From Lama glama (taxonomy: Eukaryota): 64,000 bases of DNA. A model generated the notes under the pieces. It was not told the DNA's origin and did no database searches. It saw only the letters and a program-made list of their open reading frames with translations. The translations under genes and the position numbers were made by a program. The stretch covers positions 90,274,001 to 90,338,000 of the forward strand of contig CM052817.1 in NCBI GenBank assembly GCA_028534125.1, written 5' to 3'. Below are positions 1 to 12,235 of the stretch, piece after piece; positions within the stretch are counted from its first letter, which is position 1, and each line of letters starts with the position of its first letter.

Positions 1-2904
1 CAAACCTCCTCGCCATTGAGGAAACAGGCTGGTATAGGAGGAAAGCTTTTATCCACGACGGAATCTTGATGAGGAACAACAAAGGGAGACAGTGGACAAA
101 TAGGAAGGTGTATGGATAAAGCTGAGTTCTCATGACGATCAACAAAGTAGAGATAGAATCTGGAAATATCAAAGCATTCTAGAGAGAGAGCATGTAATTA
201 CTCTAGTCTGGAATAAGACAAAATTCAAGCCAGATATAAGATCCAAAGGAAAAAATACCAAAAAGGGAAGGCAGTTGGTCAAAAAGGAAAAATAATCAGG
301 AACCAAAATATTCACCAATGAGTCCTAGATTTTCTGGTTAATTTCTAGCCTTGACAATAAAATTTTTATTGGTTTATTTGAGGTATTTCATTTGTCTTCT
401 AGTTTCTGCATATGCAAAGACCAATTCCAACTGTAACTTATCTCAGAACCCACAAACAGAGGAAGAAAGCAATTGCACAGATTTAGAGCAGAGAGAGTGG
501 GGATGGGAACACCACGCTAAGTCATTCCATGTCATCTTCTATTTCATTGACTGACTGGAGCCTGGGTGTTCTCCCTTCTGAGTTTGTTAAATGCACGATG
601 TTTCTCACTGTAACACTGGACATTATATATACATGGTGAGTAATGTACAAATGGTGAAAATTAATGTTACAGGTAAATATTGCCCATTTGGCTAGATGGA
701 TGTAATTTTGTAAATTCTGGAAGGTTTCGGTAATCACTTGCAGATGTGCTAAAGGAGAGACATCTTCATTGTTACTGTTGATGCCTTTACTAAAACCTTT
801 GTTAAATTTGCATTTAGTCACATATTTCCGAGGTGGTAATTAATAGTTTATAAAAATTCACAGTTAAATAATCCAATACAAGCTAAAGAATCCACATAAT
901 TCAGAAATGAATTCCTAGCAAAGTAATAGGCAATGAAACTTTCATAGCCGCTCTTAAAAAGATAGTCAGAATTCCCTTTTTGTTTTGTTTCTATACCAAT
1001 AAGAATTTTTAACTTATAGGGACCACATATGTGAGAAAAGAAAGACTAGCCATGGAGAGAAGGTTTTTTTGGTAAATGAAAGACTGAAATATTTACAAAA
1101 TTACTGATTTAAAAAAAATGTTTGCAATGTTGCAGAATCTGTTCTTGCCATTAAAGATATTATTATCACAGGCTTTCCTAATAATTTTCATGTGGGGTCA
1201 AAATCATTGTTGATACAGGCCAACACTGTGTCTGCTCTTGCTCCAGGTAAAAATCTGCTAAAGTCAGGATTATAACATCTAAATATTAAGGACATTTCTG
1301 AAATATCAAAGACTTCTTAGATAATCCATTCTGAATGAGTCACTGAAAAAGATACTTTTCCCGGAAGCTGGTTCAATACTTAGTGGGAAGTAAATTAAAC
1401 TCAAAATCCCTATAAAGTTTGAAAATATTTTATCTTTTTCATCTATTTTAAGAATCACAATATTAACAGAAATAAAAATGTTTGAAAATTACCTCTGCAG
1501 TGTTTGGAATTCTTAACAAAACTCCTAAGCAGCCATAGGCAATTATAGTTAGACTTCTCATTGGAAATCTAATCCTACGTGATCATTTTACAGAATAGAG
1601 AACGTTTCATTTACAGGGTCCTTTTTAATCATAAAATACTGTCTGTTTCTGGAAAGTATGTGTGATTGTAAAAAAAAATGATATCATTTCTCATTTTGGT
1701 AAAACTTGGCTCTTCTCAACAATCAAATCTACAGTCTGTCTCTCATTTTGGATGAGGATAAAACCTTTTCTGCCCTGCCTTTCCCAATCTCTCCTTCCTT
1801 TTTCTGATCCTTTAAAGTTTTTAAGTGAAATTTACCTTTAAACTTACTACGCTTTTTGAGCCTCTCTTCTGGCATATTCATACTAAAGTATTTCTTCTTG
1901 TAAATTTCAAATTAATCCCACAAAGTTAACCCTTTCTTCACTTATGGCGAGCCAGAAATGAAATTAGTATTGGGGAAGCCTTCTTTTAGAGTAAGACAAG
2001 AATTTCATAGTCTTTTCATTTGGTTGTACAACTGACACCCCTGGGACTTTTCTGGTGACCTTCAGAGGAATGGTTTAGATCTTGAATATCAATGTTTTCA
2101 ATCACTGAAGAAAATGCTGTGATTGTTGTGGGCTCTGTAACACTATTTTTCTAATGAAACACATAAATTTATTTCAGAATTGGAGGGCTGTTTGGCCTTC
2201 ACATGTTCAGAAAACTCTGTAACTTAAGTAGGTCTGTAGATGTGATAGGAAATTCATCTGAAAAAGAAAAAAAATCAAAACAAAAAAGGAGATTAACAAT
2301 AAAAAAGAGAACATGTAGTTAGTCCTAGAGAAAAATAAAAGTTATAACCCATAATAAGCAAAGATGACTTAACTCAGAAGTCATTCAACCCAGCAGCAAA
2401 TGAAAATGGAAATTTATGGAATTAGTAGGAAAGGGAAACAGAGGGAAAATGAAGGTGTTGTGGTGAAGATATTGGATAATGTCAATGAAAAAGTAATTAT
2501 TGGAGAGAATAGCCGAAGGAATCTGTGGTTATGCTTGCTTCCAGAGGAGAAGTGAAAATTTATCACCTAGTGTGTTTCTTGTCTTGAATTCAATTCCTTA
2601 TCCATCAAAATTATATCCCCTCATTTCAATTATAAATCAATTATTTGAATACATTTTGATGAGATAAGTTGAAGTTATCCAAGATTTATATATTTTTCAA
2701 ATAGGTTTATTCCTTGAGTCTGAATCATTTCTCACCTCAACATTCTAATAATATACTAACCACTATATTGAGTTGATCAAAAGTATCATGCCATTGCTCT
2801 AAAGTAAATAGCTTTTTTTTTCATATTTTTTTATTTGAACATTTTGGAGGTTTTAAATCATGGCCCTTAATCTTGGATACCCTTTCTATTCAATAGTAAA
2901 GACA

Positions 2905-3021
2905 AATTCCCTGCTAAGCCCTGCTCAACTTGGAGATTTGTGAGCAAAATAACAAATTATTATCGCTTAAAATCACCAAGTTTGGGGTTCCTTTGTTACA
3001 CAGTAATAGATAAGTGATACA
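2905..3021 (+). mobile_element. MaLR (MLT1F/G/H-like) 5' LTR, 3' remnant
   Basis: MLT1-type end '...gatttgtgagcaaaataa...ctttgttacacagtaatagataagtgataca', followed directly by internal sequence. Confidence 0.75.
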
Positions 3022-3375
3022 GAATTTTTTTTTTAACCTGAGGCAGGATGATTCCATAACAAAAAACAACATGGGTCATTGATATGAGGTTGGGCAGCAA
3101 GTGGAAGCCAGAAAAGCTTTGAGGGGAGTCTTGGTGTATAAGAGCCCAAAGGCCATTTAGGAGGTTGTTCCTGAGGGTTTAAAAGAGAATAAAGGAAATA
3201 GTACTGGCAGCTGGAAAAAAGGGGACTCACTATGCAATGGTGGAAGTGTTGGCAGCCTGCCTCCTGCAGTAAATGTGGAAAATAGGAAATGACTCTAGTA
3301 AATTCAGTGATCTAGAATATTTAAAAAGACCCCATAGCTGCTTCCTGACAGCTATGATCAAAATGCAAGAGGAGT

Positions 3376-3495
3376 GGGGGAGGGTATAGCTCAGTGGTAA
3401 AGTGCATGCATGCACAAGATCCTGGGTTCAATCCTCAGTACCTCCATTAAATAAACAAATAAACAAACAGACCTAATTACCCCCTTCTCCAAAAC
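3376..3495 (+). mobile_element. tRNA-derived camelid SINE (Vic-1 type)
   Basis: Head 'gggggagggtatagctcagtggta' (A box) and 'gggttcaatcc' (B box), A-rich tail; TSD aatgcaagaggag (3362-3374) / aatgcaagaagag (3496-3508). Confidence 0.9.
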
Positions 3496-4285
3496 AATGC
3501 AAGAAGAGAGAGGGTGCAAGGTGAGGGAATGCAGTGTGAAGTAAAAAGGAGCCAGAATTTGCTAAGTTCAAAAACAAAACACTTTTCTTTCCAGGCCATT
3601 TTGTATGACCAAAAAATTCTCAAAACAAATGCTCTTATGCCCCAAATCTAATTCTGGGATAGTTTTTAATATCTCAGAAAGAATTGAGGTGGTGGTGACT
3701 CAGGAACCCTTCCAAAGAGAAAGGCTTATAGGAATCAGAAGGGCATGTCTTACAAATCCTCTCCATTTAACAGTGAAGCTTCTAGAAGTCTTAAAGCTGT
3801 GGTCTCAGAAGTTCTGCTGCAGGGAGCCCAGCATGAAAGAGGACTTACTGCAAAAAGACTTGTGGTTGTGGCTCTTACATAATAGAAATGAATTATATTC
3901 ATGGAAAACTCACTCAATTTTTAATAGAACTGTTTTGGTCAAAATAACTCTGGTCAAAATAAAATGGAAACAGGTCTTTGGATCCCAAAACTTTAAAGGG
4001 ATTCAGAGAGCAGAACCATGAGCCTAGAAAACGGAGACGGGAACTATAGACAGTAATTCCTGAAGAACCACACTCAGGTCTGACTATCCAAGGCCCAGCT
4101 GGAGTTTATAATTGTGATACATTAGTGACTGCTGTGTGCCTCCTGCTACTCCCTTTTTAATGGGAATGTCTATGGCAATTATTTTATGCCTGTTCCCTTG
4201 TTCTGTGTCTTATGTGTTATAGAGAAAATAACTTCCTTAGGTCCCAGGTCTTCAGATGAGCAGAACCATCCCTAAGGAGCTGTCT

Positions 4286-4316
4286 CAAAAACAAAAACAA
4301 AAACAAAAACAAAAAA
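4286..4316. repeat. (CAAAAA)n microsatellite
   Basis: Directly visible. Confidence 0.9.
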
Positions 4317-4378
4317 CCCAAACCCAAGGAGCCTCACCTACACCCTGGACTGACCTGGACCTGCCTTAGTTGATGAAA

Positions 4379-4430
4379 CCATTACAGAATTGGTCTCAGG
4401 CTTTGACACCTGAGACCAATTCTGTAATGG
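4379..4430. repeat. Perfect inverted repeat, 22-bp arms with 8-nt loop
   Basis: ccattacagaattggtctcagg (4379-4400) - ctttgaca - cctgagaccaattctgtaatgg (4409-4430). Confidence 0.97.
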
Positions 4431-4511
4431 GTTAAAGCGTTGGTGGGTCTTGAAAGAGAATCTATTTCACACGTGGAGAGAATGTAAATAATTTGTGGCC
4501 AGAGAGCATAC

Positions 4512-5009
4512 TGTGGCACTTTAAAAGCGTGATTCCAACTGCTTTGCCGTTCCTCCTATTGATCAGGTTTATGTTCCTTATGCTTAAATTTCGGGTCTTC
4601 AACCGCTTAACCAACAGTAGATGGCTGAAGTAATTCTATACTAGTTTCTGGAGCCGGGGCTTAAAAGTGTGTGGATTCCGTTTCCCGTATTTTGTGATAG
4701 GTCCCGGACGTAGCCCCCTCCCCATAAGAGGAGGAGACCCGGGCAGCCCGTGGGGAGGCCAATATAAGTGAAAACCAAACCAGTAGCTTTCAGTTTGCAC
4801 TAATTTGCCAGCGTTGCCCGCGAGCTACTTTGGAAGTAGATCCTGCAGGCCACAGTCATACTTTAGGAGAAACAGAGAACTGACCTCACTGAGTCCTTTT
4901 CAAATTGCATGTACGTGAGTAAAATAGATGATGCACGTTGTTTTCTGTAACGAAGTTTTACGGGATGGGGGTGGGGGGTGTTGTAATGCTGCGATAGATA
5001 ACTGACACA
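4512..5009 (+). mobile_element. MaLR (MLT1F/G/H-like) 3' LTR, unusually CpG-rich
   Basis: Starts TGTGGC after the internal polypurine-like tract; ends 'gcgatagataactgacaca', homologous to the 5' LTR end at 3021. Confidence 0.8.
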
Positions 5010-5256
5010 AATTTACTGTCGCAAACCAAAATGCAGTGATCCTTTACATCTATAAATGTGCATCCCTACGAATTCTTAAACCCTAAGTGCTCTCAAAACA
5101 TCTCTCTGCTAATTGACATGTTATCTTGATACAAATTTGTTGCCATACATTATTTCTATAAGTTCCGTACAGTAACTTTGGAGCGGGATCTATTATTTGC
5201 ACATGGGATAGGTCTTAATTAAAATGTATACAAAAATTAAGCTTTTGTAGAAGGCC

Positions 5257-5704
5257 AGTATTAATCAAGGTTCTCGAGAGAAACAGAACCAATAGAAGAG
5301 AGGAAAAGGGATTTTTTTTTTTTTAAATAAGGAATTGGCTCATGCTGTTAGGAAGCTGGTAAGTCTAAAATCTGCTGGGCCAATACCTCAGTTCAAGTAT
5401 GAAGGTCTGCAGGTTGCTTTATGTAGAACAAGGAACAGCTGATCTCCCAGTTCAAAGGCTGTCATTTAGGAGAATTTCTCTTACTCCAGGAGGGTCAGTC
5501 TTGTGTTCTACTCAGTCTTTCAGTAGTTTGGATGATCACAGAGGGGAGTCTGCCTTACTCAGTCCACCAGTTTACTAATTAACCTTATATAAAAGCAACC
5601 TCATAACACCCCCAAAAGCATCTTACAACACCCAAAATAACGTTTAATCAAACATCTGGGCACCCCATGGCCCAATCAAGTTGACACAGAACATTAACCA
5701 TCAA
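5257..5704 (-). mobile_element. ERVL solo LTR (MLT2 family)
   Basis: 'gtattaatcaaggttctcgagagaaacagaaccaatag' ... 'caagttgacacagaacattaaccatca' is the reverse complement of MLT2 ends. Confidence 0.85.
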
Positions 5705-6599
5705 AATGAGTATTTAGAACAAATAAGTATTTTGTGAGATATATAAGAGGTAAAAATACTACCCCCCCAAAAAAGAATTTCTACTCTTGAAAAAAATTTC
5801 ATTTTTTCATACCCTCAAAGAAATATCACTGTCTAAATTAACTTCTATGTGTGCCTGACTTTTCAATCTGTCTTTGAAAGCACCTTATCATTATAGGTTT
5901 ACATTACTTCCTCCCACTGAAAGTCTTTAATTGGATACCCTACTGCTTTGTAATTATACATACAAGGCATACAACTTGATCTTGTAACTGGATTCACACT
6001 GAAATTTTCTCCAAATGAAAGCACTATAGATTAATGCCACATTTCCAGTTACTCAAACATTTTTGAGGGGAAAAAATATTTCAAATAAATGTATTTTCTA
6101 CTGTTCAAATCTTTTACAGATTCTTTATGCAAATATTTTGACATAGAAGTTGTCAGTAGTTAAAAACAGCTAGTGATTTCCCTTGGCCATTTTCAAAGGC
6201 ATTGGAACTCTTAAACATTATGCTGTATTTTGTTACACAGCATATATGGCATCTAATTATCATTTAAAGGCAAGAATGTAAAAAAATGTAAAGAATTTCA
6301 GGCACAATCCAGGCAGAATTACACAGTTAATACTACATCTTGCTTCAGAACTTGGAAAGATTGTTTCTCTTTTTTCAGAGTTGGAAAGTATACTATCACT
6401 TTCAGTAAATTCAGAAATCACAGTGCGGCATTAAGAATTGTATACAGAGGTTAATTTACAGAGATTAACTTCAGTTTTATTTCAGAGATTTGAATGTGCT
6501 TGTAGAGCCGGTTAAGTAATCATTTAAGCCCTGAACCACCATTACATATATTCCTTGCTTATTTCCCACTGGTTTATCAATACTGCATTTTAAAATAGT

Positions 6600-6825
6600 T
6601 AGAAGTTAACCCAGAACTTGGCCTGATATCTGAATCTGTCATTAATTAGCTGTTAGACCTGGCACAAATTATTTAACCTTCCTGAAACTCAGTTTTCTTG
6701 ACTGAAATGGGAATAATCATAGTCCCTACCTGATAGGATGATAGCAAAATTTAAATAAGGCAGATACCTGAAATGTTTAGCAGAGGATGTTTTAAACTTT
6801 CAGTAAGTGCCATCTATAATTATTT
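6600..6825 (+). mobile_element. MIR SINE
   Basis: Core 'ttatttaaccttcctgaaactcagttttcttgactgaaatgggaataat...ctacct'. Confidence 0.8.
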
Positions 6826-8279
6826 TAAACACAACTTAATTGGTGTTATTTCTGAAATTAATGTTATTTCAGATTCTCTCCTCAGGAAATTCAGCTGTTT
6901 TAAGGAAGCCTCTAAGTCACTCAGATCTTGGGCTTCAGTAACTATAGGACTATAACATGTGTTGACATTTTCAAGTAAACATGAAGATAAGTTCAAGAGT
7001 CCTTAAGTTTTATCCACCGCCCGCCCCCTCCCGTGAGAGAGAACCGTGTTCATTTGACTTCTTACACATGCACAGTTTCAGGTATCTCTTATTTGCTGCT
7101 TTTAGACATTCTCCCTCTTTGTTCTTGTTCTTTTTCATTCCTAATTAGGCATCTCTGTTGGGTAGCTGCTCTTCTTTGCACCAGGCACAGATGTCTCTTC
7201 AATAAGTGCCACTTCAGAAATTTAGAAAGGGAGGTACAGGTTGGGTCAAGGATATGAAATAAAATTAAGTTTGTGAAACAGATGGATGTTAACATCTTCC
7301 TTCAAACTGGACAAATGAAATAGGATATGGAGATAGTCTTTCCTCCTTACATGACATGCTTGCTGCAATTTGACTACTCCTGTCAAACATGGAGTTTAAA
7401 AGAACTTAAATGACTCCCATGACTACTGTCATGGGCATACCCAAGCATGTACATGTGTGCATACAATAGTTTTCTAAAAACCACATCACACTACTTATTT
7501 TCAGGTCTGAGCTGTCAGAAACTTGGGTAGCATGAACACATCAACACAGTTTCTTCCTTGAAAGTGTTTTATATCGATTTGAGTTAGAAGTCAGCAAACA
7601 CTATCTAATAGTTGGATTTGTGATTATTGAGTTCCTACATATTATAAAACATGGTAATTTCCTTAAAAATACTTGCTGAAACATGTGGAAATCATGCATA
7701 ATGCATAAATTTTCCTTGAATCAAATTGATGACATGAAGATTTTTCTTAAGGATTCTGAAAAGACACATTACCATACTCTTGGTGATGTAGTTCTCAGTC
7801 ATTATTGTCATTCACTCAGTCATTTCAAGGAAGGGTCTCAACTCAGGTCTGTCCTTCCCAAGTGGAGAACAACACAGCCTGTGTCAGCCTAGCCCAAGGT
7901 CAGAAGGGTCTGATCGTTTCATCAGGAGCATCATCTGTTTGCTGGGGTTGGTTCAGTCGTCATGTTCTTATGAAAATGGGGGTGGGAAGTAGACTCCATC
8001 AGGTGTTGCTCAGGGATCTCTCTGTGTTGATGTTTAATACATGCTGGGAGTGTTGTAAAGATCTCAGATAGAGAGGAACTTTCTGTATTTCATTTCCATG
8101 ACTATTCTTTGTTTTGAGCTATTAAGGGGGAAACTACAGTGATAAAGTACTTTGGATCTTGTTCTAGAATGCAAGTTAGACTTGCTTGTCTGCTCTACGT
8201 TAAATTGTGGATGGATTAAAATAGCTTGTGCCAGCATGCTGAAGTTACAGGAATGAAGTAAGCTCTGGAGAATCAGGTT

Positions 8280-8760
8280 AGTAGCTGTGGCCAGGGTTCC
8301 ACAAATAACCTAGCATCGCCGTATTTAAATTAGAAACGAAAATGTTGTCCGGAGCTAATGAGCTGTTTGAGGGCCGCTGTGAGATAACTGTGCTAGAGAA
8401 ATCTGCTTTTGCCATTATGCCCACAGTTCCTGCCTCCTGAGGCAGCAGCATCATCCACTCCTTGGAGCACTTTAAAGATATCATGGGAATGATTTGCCCG
8501 TCTCATAGCCCTCATAATGCTCATATCAGCCCTGAACAAAATCTTTTTTTCAGAGTGAAAAATAAGACATTAATGACTCATAAATATGCATTGAGATAAA
8601 TAAGACAAAAAATGAAAAGTCAATATTGGAGCACGCGTTTCTGATCCGGCAGCCACCTCAGCAGCCCAGCTGCTATTAGTGTGCAAGTCCTACCAATTAG
8701 AAAGCTTTTCCTCCACTACTACTAACTCAGCCTGTAAAATCCATTTCCCCCTGGAGATTA
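8280..8760. promoter_or_regulatory. Candidate conserved non-coding / enhancer-like block
   Basis: No repeat resemblance; about 9 CpGs in 8310-8650; TGACTCA at 8574-8580, plus CATAAA, GATAA and TAAT motifs. Inference only. Confidence 0.35.
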
Positions 8761-9007
8761 TATATCCAACAATAATACATACAGTGGCAACATGTCTCGT
8801 CTTAACTGTTAGAAATTCATATTGAAATATGAATTATATTAATTTATTATAGGATGGTTATAGAAGTACATAGGGAAATGTTGTCAGTTATAATGAGATC
8901 TTGATGGTATTTAACATAACTAGACCTCTCAGGTGGTAGACAAGATGCCCTTGTATATGAAAAATTCTAAATCAAAATAGGTCAATTCTTTAATGCATCC
9001 AAAAAAA

Positions 9008-9205
9008 ATAATAGTCTAATGGTTACTTACTGTAGGCCAGGCATTGTGATTTAGTTCCTCATGAAGATGACACTACTAAGTTCTAACCATGATCAAGTCT
9101 GTCATTCCCATTGTGCAGATGCACAAATTACAGCTTGAAAAGGTTAACTAGTTATTCAAGGTCACAAAGCTAGTTGTGGAAAAAAATCGGAATTTAAGCC
9201 AGTGC
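9008..9205 (-). mobile_element. MIR SINE
   Basis: 'cccattgtgcagatgcacaaattacagcttgaaaaggttaactagttattcaaggtcacaaagctagt'. Confidence 0.75.
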
Positions 9206-9399
9206 TTATCTTACTATCATGAACAATTTCTTACTATTATTCTTTACTATCCCAATTAATGTTCTGAACACAAAAATCATGTGAGGCATTAAGTTAAATG
9301 TAAGAATATATAAATATGCAAGTTCTCCAGATTTCACACTCCAGCTATTAAAACTAGTTCAATGATAAAAGCAGTACTGAGAGTCTTTGTGACATCTGT

Positions 9400-9920
9400 T
9401 GTAGCCCAGGGCAGGGAGTGGTTAACCCTATTTGGAGGAGATATATCAAAGAGAAGTTTTTGAACTATGATTTGAAAAGTGAACATGTGTACAGCAACAG
9501 AGGGGAGGGTAGGCAAGGTAGACTTGTGTGTGAAAACACACTGGGTGTGGAAAAATGTCAGGAGTATTCAAGGAATTAAAAATTTGCCAGTAGGTTGCTT
9601 TATCTGGAGTGTGGAAATCAAGTAAATCAATCAGGCTGGAAAGGGATAGGGCTGAAAAGCTGAGAACTAAGCAATCTTGCATGTCATGCTAAAGAATTTG
9701 CTTGACTCAGTAGATGATGGGAAGCCATTGATAACTTACAAAGAAGGGCAACATTAGCAAAGCTGATATTTTGGGAAGTAATTCTCAGGTGATAATTTGA
9801 AGAATATACTGAAGGAATACATAGTTAGGGTGGTCAGTGAGGAATCTGTTGCAATCATTTTCAGTTGAAGATGAAGAAATTGAGTACAACCAGCTATCTG
9901 ATACTGGTGATGGAATTGAT
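9400..9920 (-). mobile_element. L2 LINE fragment
   Basis: Purine-rich antisense L2 phrases such as 'gtcatgctaaagaatttg...gatgatgggaagccattg' and 'ggaatctgttgcaatcatttt'. Confidence 0.6.
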
Positions 9921-9989
9921 GTTAATCATTTTAAAAACAGGCATGTAAAACATTTTTTTCAACCTCTAAAGCAACCCTTGACTCACAAA

Positions 9990-11690
9990 CTTGTACTATA
10001 AAAATCAGGGAGCTTCTGAAGCTGGGCAAGAGGCTCCAATGTCCATTTAAGGTATGGCCAAGGAGGATAATAGATCAGGAAGAACCAACCAGAGTGACAA
10101 GCCAAGGGTATGGAAGACCACTGATGTAGAGTTGCTCCAAATTGGAAGAAATGAGGGCCTAATCAAGGATTTATTTCCCTGCCAAGACAAGGAAGTGTTA
10201 TCCTGCATAATAAGATTTCAGCAGTGTTATGGTCCCATGACCACTATATAAATTCTAGAGTTCCTTTTTCTTCAACTGAATGTATTATTTTGAGTATGCT
10301 GTTCTTAGGATACCATTATATATCAAGGGCAGGGGTACAAATTACTTGTTTATTAGTTTGTAGGTCACTGGGCCAAGAGGAGCCATAGTTGGAACAAACA
10401 GAAATGTGCAGTAGCCAAAGATCCTTGTTTTGATCATGATCAAAGATAGAGATTAATGAGTCTATAGTTTGGTGCCCTTGGAAAAGAGTGTTTTCAATGT
10501 GCATCTAAATGGGAAGGAATGTGTGGATATGGGATTGGCCAGAGAGGCAGATGGTAGCATAGATAGCCACCTGACCACCAGGATCTAGTCTACACTTTTC
10601 CCATAAATAATAACTTACTGAACTAGAGACTACATTACCTTGCTTTCTCTGTGCTGGCCTTGGACCAGGCTGTCACTAGCAAAGTATAATCAAAAGTGAT
10701 GTGTGTAAGTTCTGTGTGATCTCTGGCTTTCCATTTTTCTTTTTTCTTTTCACTTCCCACAAACTTGAATTCAAATAAGTTACTGTTTAACAAGGTTTGA
10801 CTGAGTGAATGAGAAGTGAGAGTGCCTACTAGCAGTCATGTACAAGAGCTGGTTGTACTGGCTTGCAAGAAATGATTTGAAACAATTTTATGAGTTAATT
10901 GTTAAACAGAAGGATATGTAAAAATAAATCATATAAACTTATACAATTATATTTTAAATGTAATAGATACTCAAAATCATCGCTTTGTAGTTATTTTACT
11001 ACATCCACAGTATTACCTATGTGCTTAGGTTTATTGTTTTCATGTGGAAATACTGTGTAATGGTGTTCTAATGCCCTTATCTTCCTCATGTTGCATCCAG
11101 TAATGTCACACTGGTAGCCTGAAAGTGACCAGGTTAGAACTATTTGTCACAGAACCCAGCAAATGCTAGAAATTAAGGCTTGATTTATCATTTTGTAATT
11201 GTCTGGAGTTAAGATAGTAATGTGAAAAAATGTTAATAATATAGACTGAACTTTAAAGTGCCTCGTGATTGGATAGCCTTTATATTGTGAATAGCAAACC
11301 ATAGCAAGAACAACAAAAACCCTGAGAAAATAGCCTCCTAGGACTCACAAATTATCTAATTCAGCAAAGAAGTCACTCATGATAGCAAGTAGTGAAAGTC
11401 TGACCTATATTTTTATTTCATTTTTTGGTCTTTCATAATGTAAAGGAAATATGAACATCATGTTAGAACTACAGTTGGAAAGCTGGTGGTTAAACTTTTT
11501 CTTAGACACTGCTGTCTATAGGGGACGGTAGAGCAAAAAGATAGGAGGAAGCAGGTGGGTAGCTGGGAGAGTCCAGGCAGTCTCCTCGCAGTCCTGATGT
11601 GTACGCCTGTGAGAAAGAAGTGAACTTTTAAGCTTTGGACCACAGTATTCTGAGATATCTTTTTTGCAGAATTTTGGCCTATGCCTGAAA
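9990..11690 (+). mobile_element. MLT1J-like internal fragment plus LTR, split by MER63
   Basis: 'ggccagagaggcaga' tract, then LTR 'ctagagactacatt...aagtgatgtgtgtaagttctg'; the LTR resumes after 11515 with 'gacggtagagcaaaaagataggagg...gtgagaaagaagtgaactt'. Confidence 0.65.
10832..11514 (+). mobile_element. MER63C/D-like hAT-Blackjack DNA transposon
   Basis: Decayed termini 'cagtcatgtacaagagctggttgtactggcttgcaaga' and 'agctggtggttaaac...cactgctg'; internal 'gtcacactggtagcctgaaa' and 'ggcttgatttat'. Confidence 0.8.
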
Positions 11691-12235
11691 ATAATTCAAA
11701 TAGCTAGATCCATATTGAAGAATTATGCATGGATCAAAGGGCTAAGTGTGCAGAGCTGTGCTGCCTACCTCCAGGCTTATGTAGGCAGGACCAGACCTAG
11801 TGTGTCTCTCCTTTGTCAGATTCTCTGGAAGAATCTCTTCCTCAAATGTCAGTATCTTGGTACTTAAGGATCTCTTGAGGAACCTCTCTCTTCTCAGCTA
11901 CCCAGTACGTTCGTCTACCTACATCTTAGTAGCTGACAGTGTCCCCCATTATTTTCCACCTACGACTCCTATTTCAGGTCCAGCACCTATACTCCAGGGC
12001 TTCCTTGATCCTCTTGCACAGAAGATGTTGTTGTTAGATATTCCATTCCTTCAAGGTCTTGCTGGTCAGATGTCTAATTTTATGTGCATTTAACCTAAAT
12101 TATTAATTAAAAAGTTACTCGTCCCAGAGAGCACTGTCCGTTATTTTAACTTATAGTAATGAATACCGTGGCTAAACCAAATGGAAAAATATTGTTAGTA
12201 TAATCAACAATGCATTGTTCCACAAATTCCCTCAA

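Larger units (their letters stand above)
3022..4511 (+). mobile_element. MaLR internal region (MLT1-int), interrupted by a SINE
   Basis: About 1.5 kb between two MLT1 LTR ends; finishes with the typical 'tttgtggccagagagcatac' tract before the LTR-starting TG. Confidence 0.75.

Noticed and set aside
3376..3450. tRNA-like sequence (also 37200-37275)
   Set aside because: SINE heads with A-rich tails and TSDs; no complete cloverleaf.
3605..4021. 138-aa ORF
   Set aside because: Lies inside the decayed MLT1 internal region with no recognisable domain; at most a remnant of the MaLR ORF.
7360..7440. Short hairpins (tttgac/gtcaaa; cccatgac/gtcatggg)
   Set aside because: Stems of 6-8 bp are expected by chance in 64 kb.
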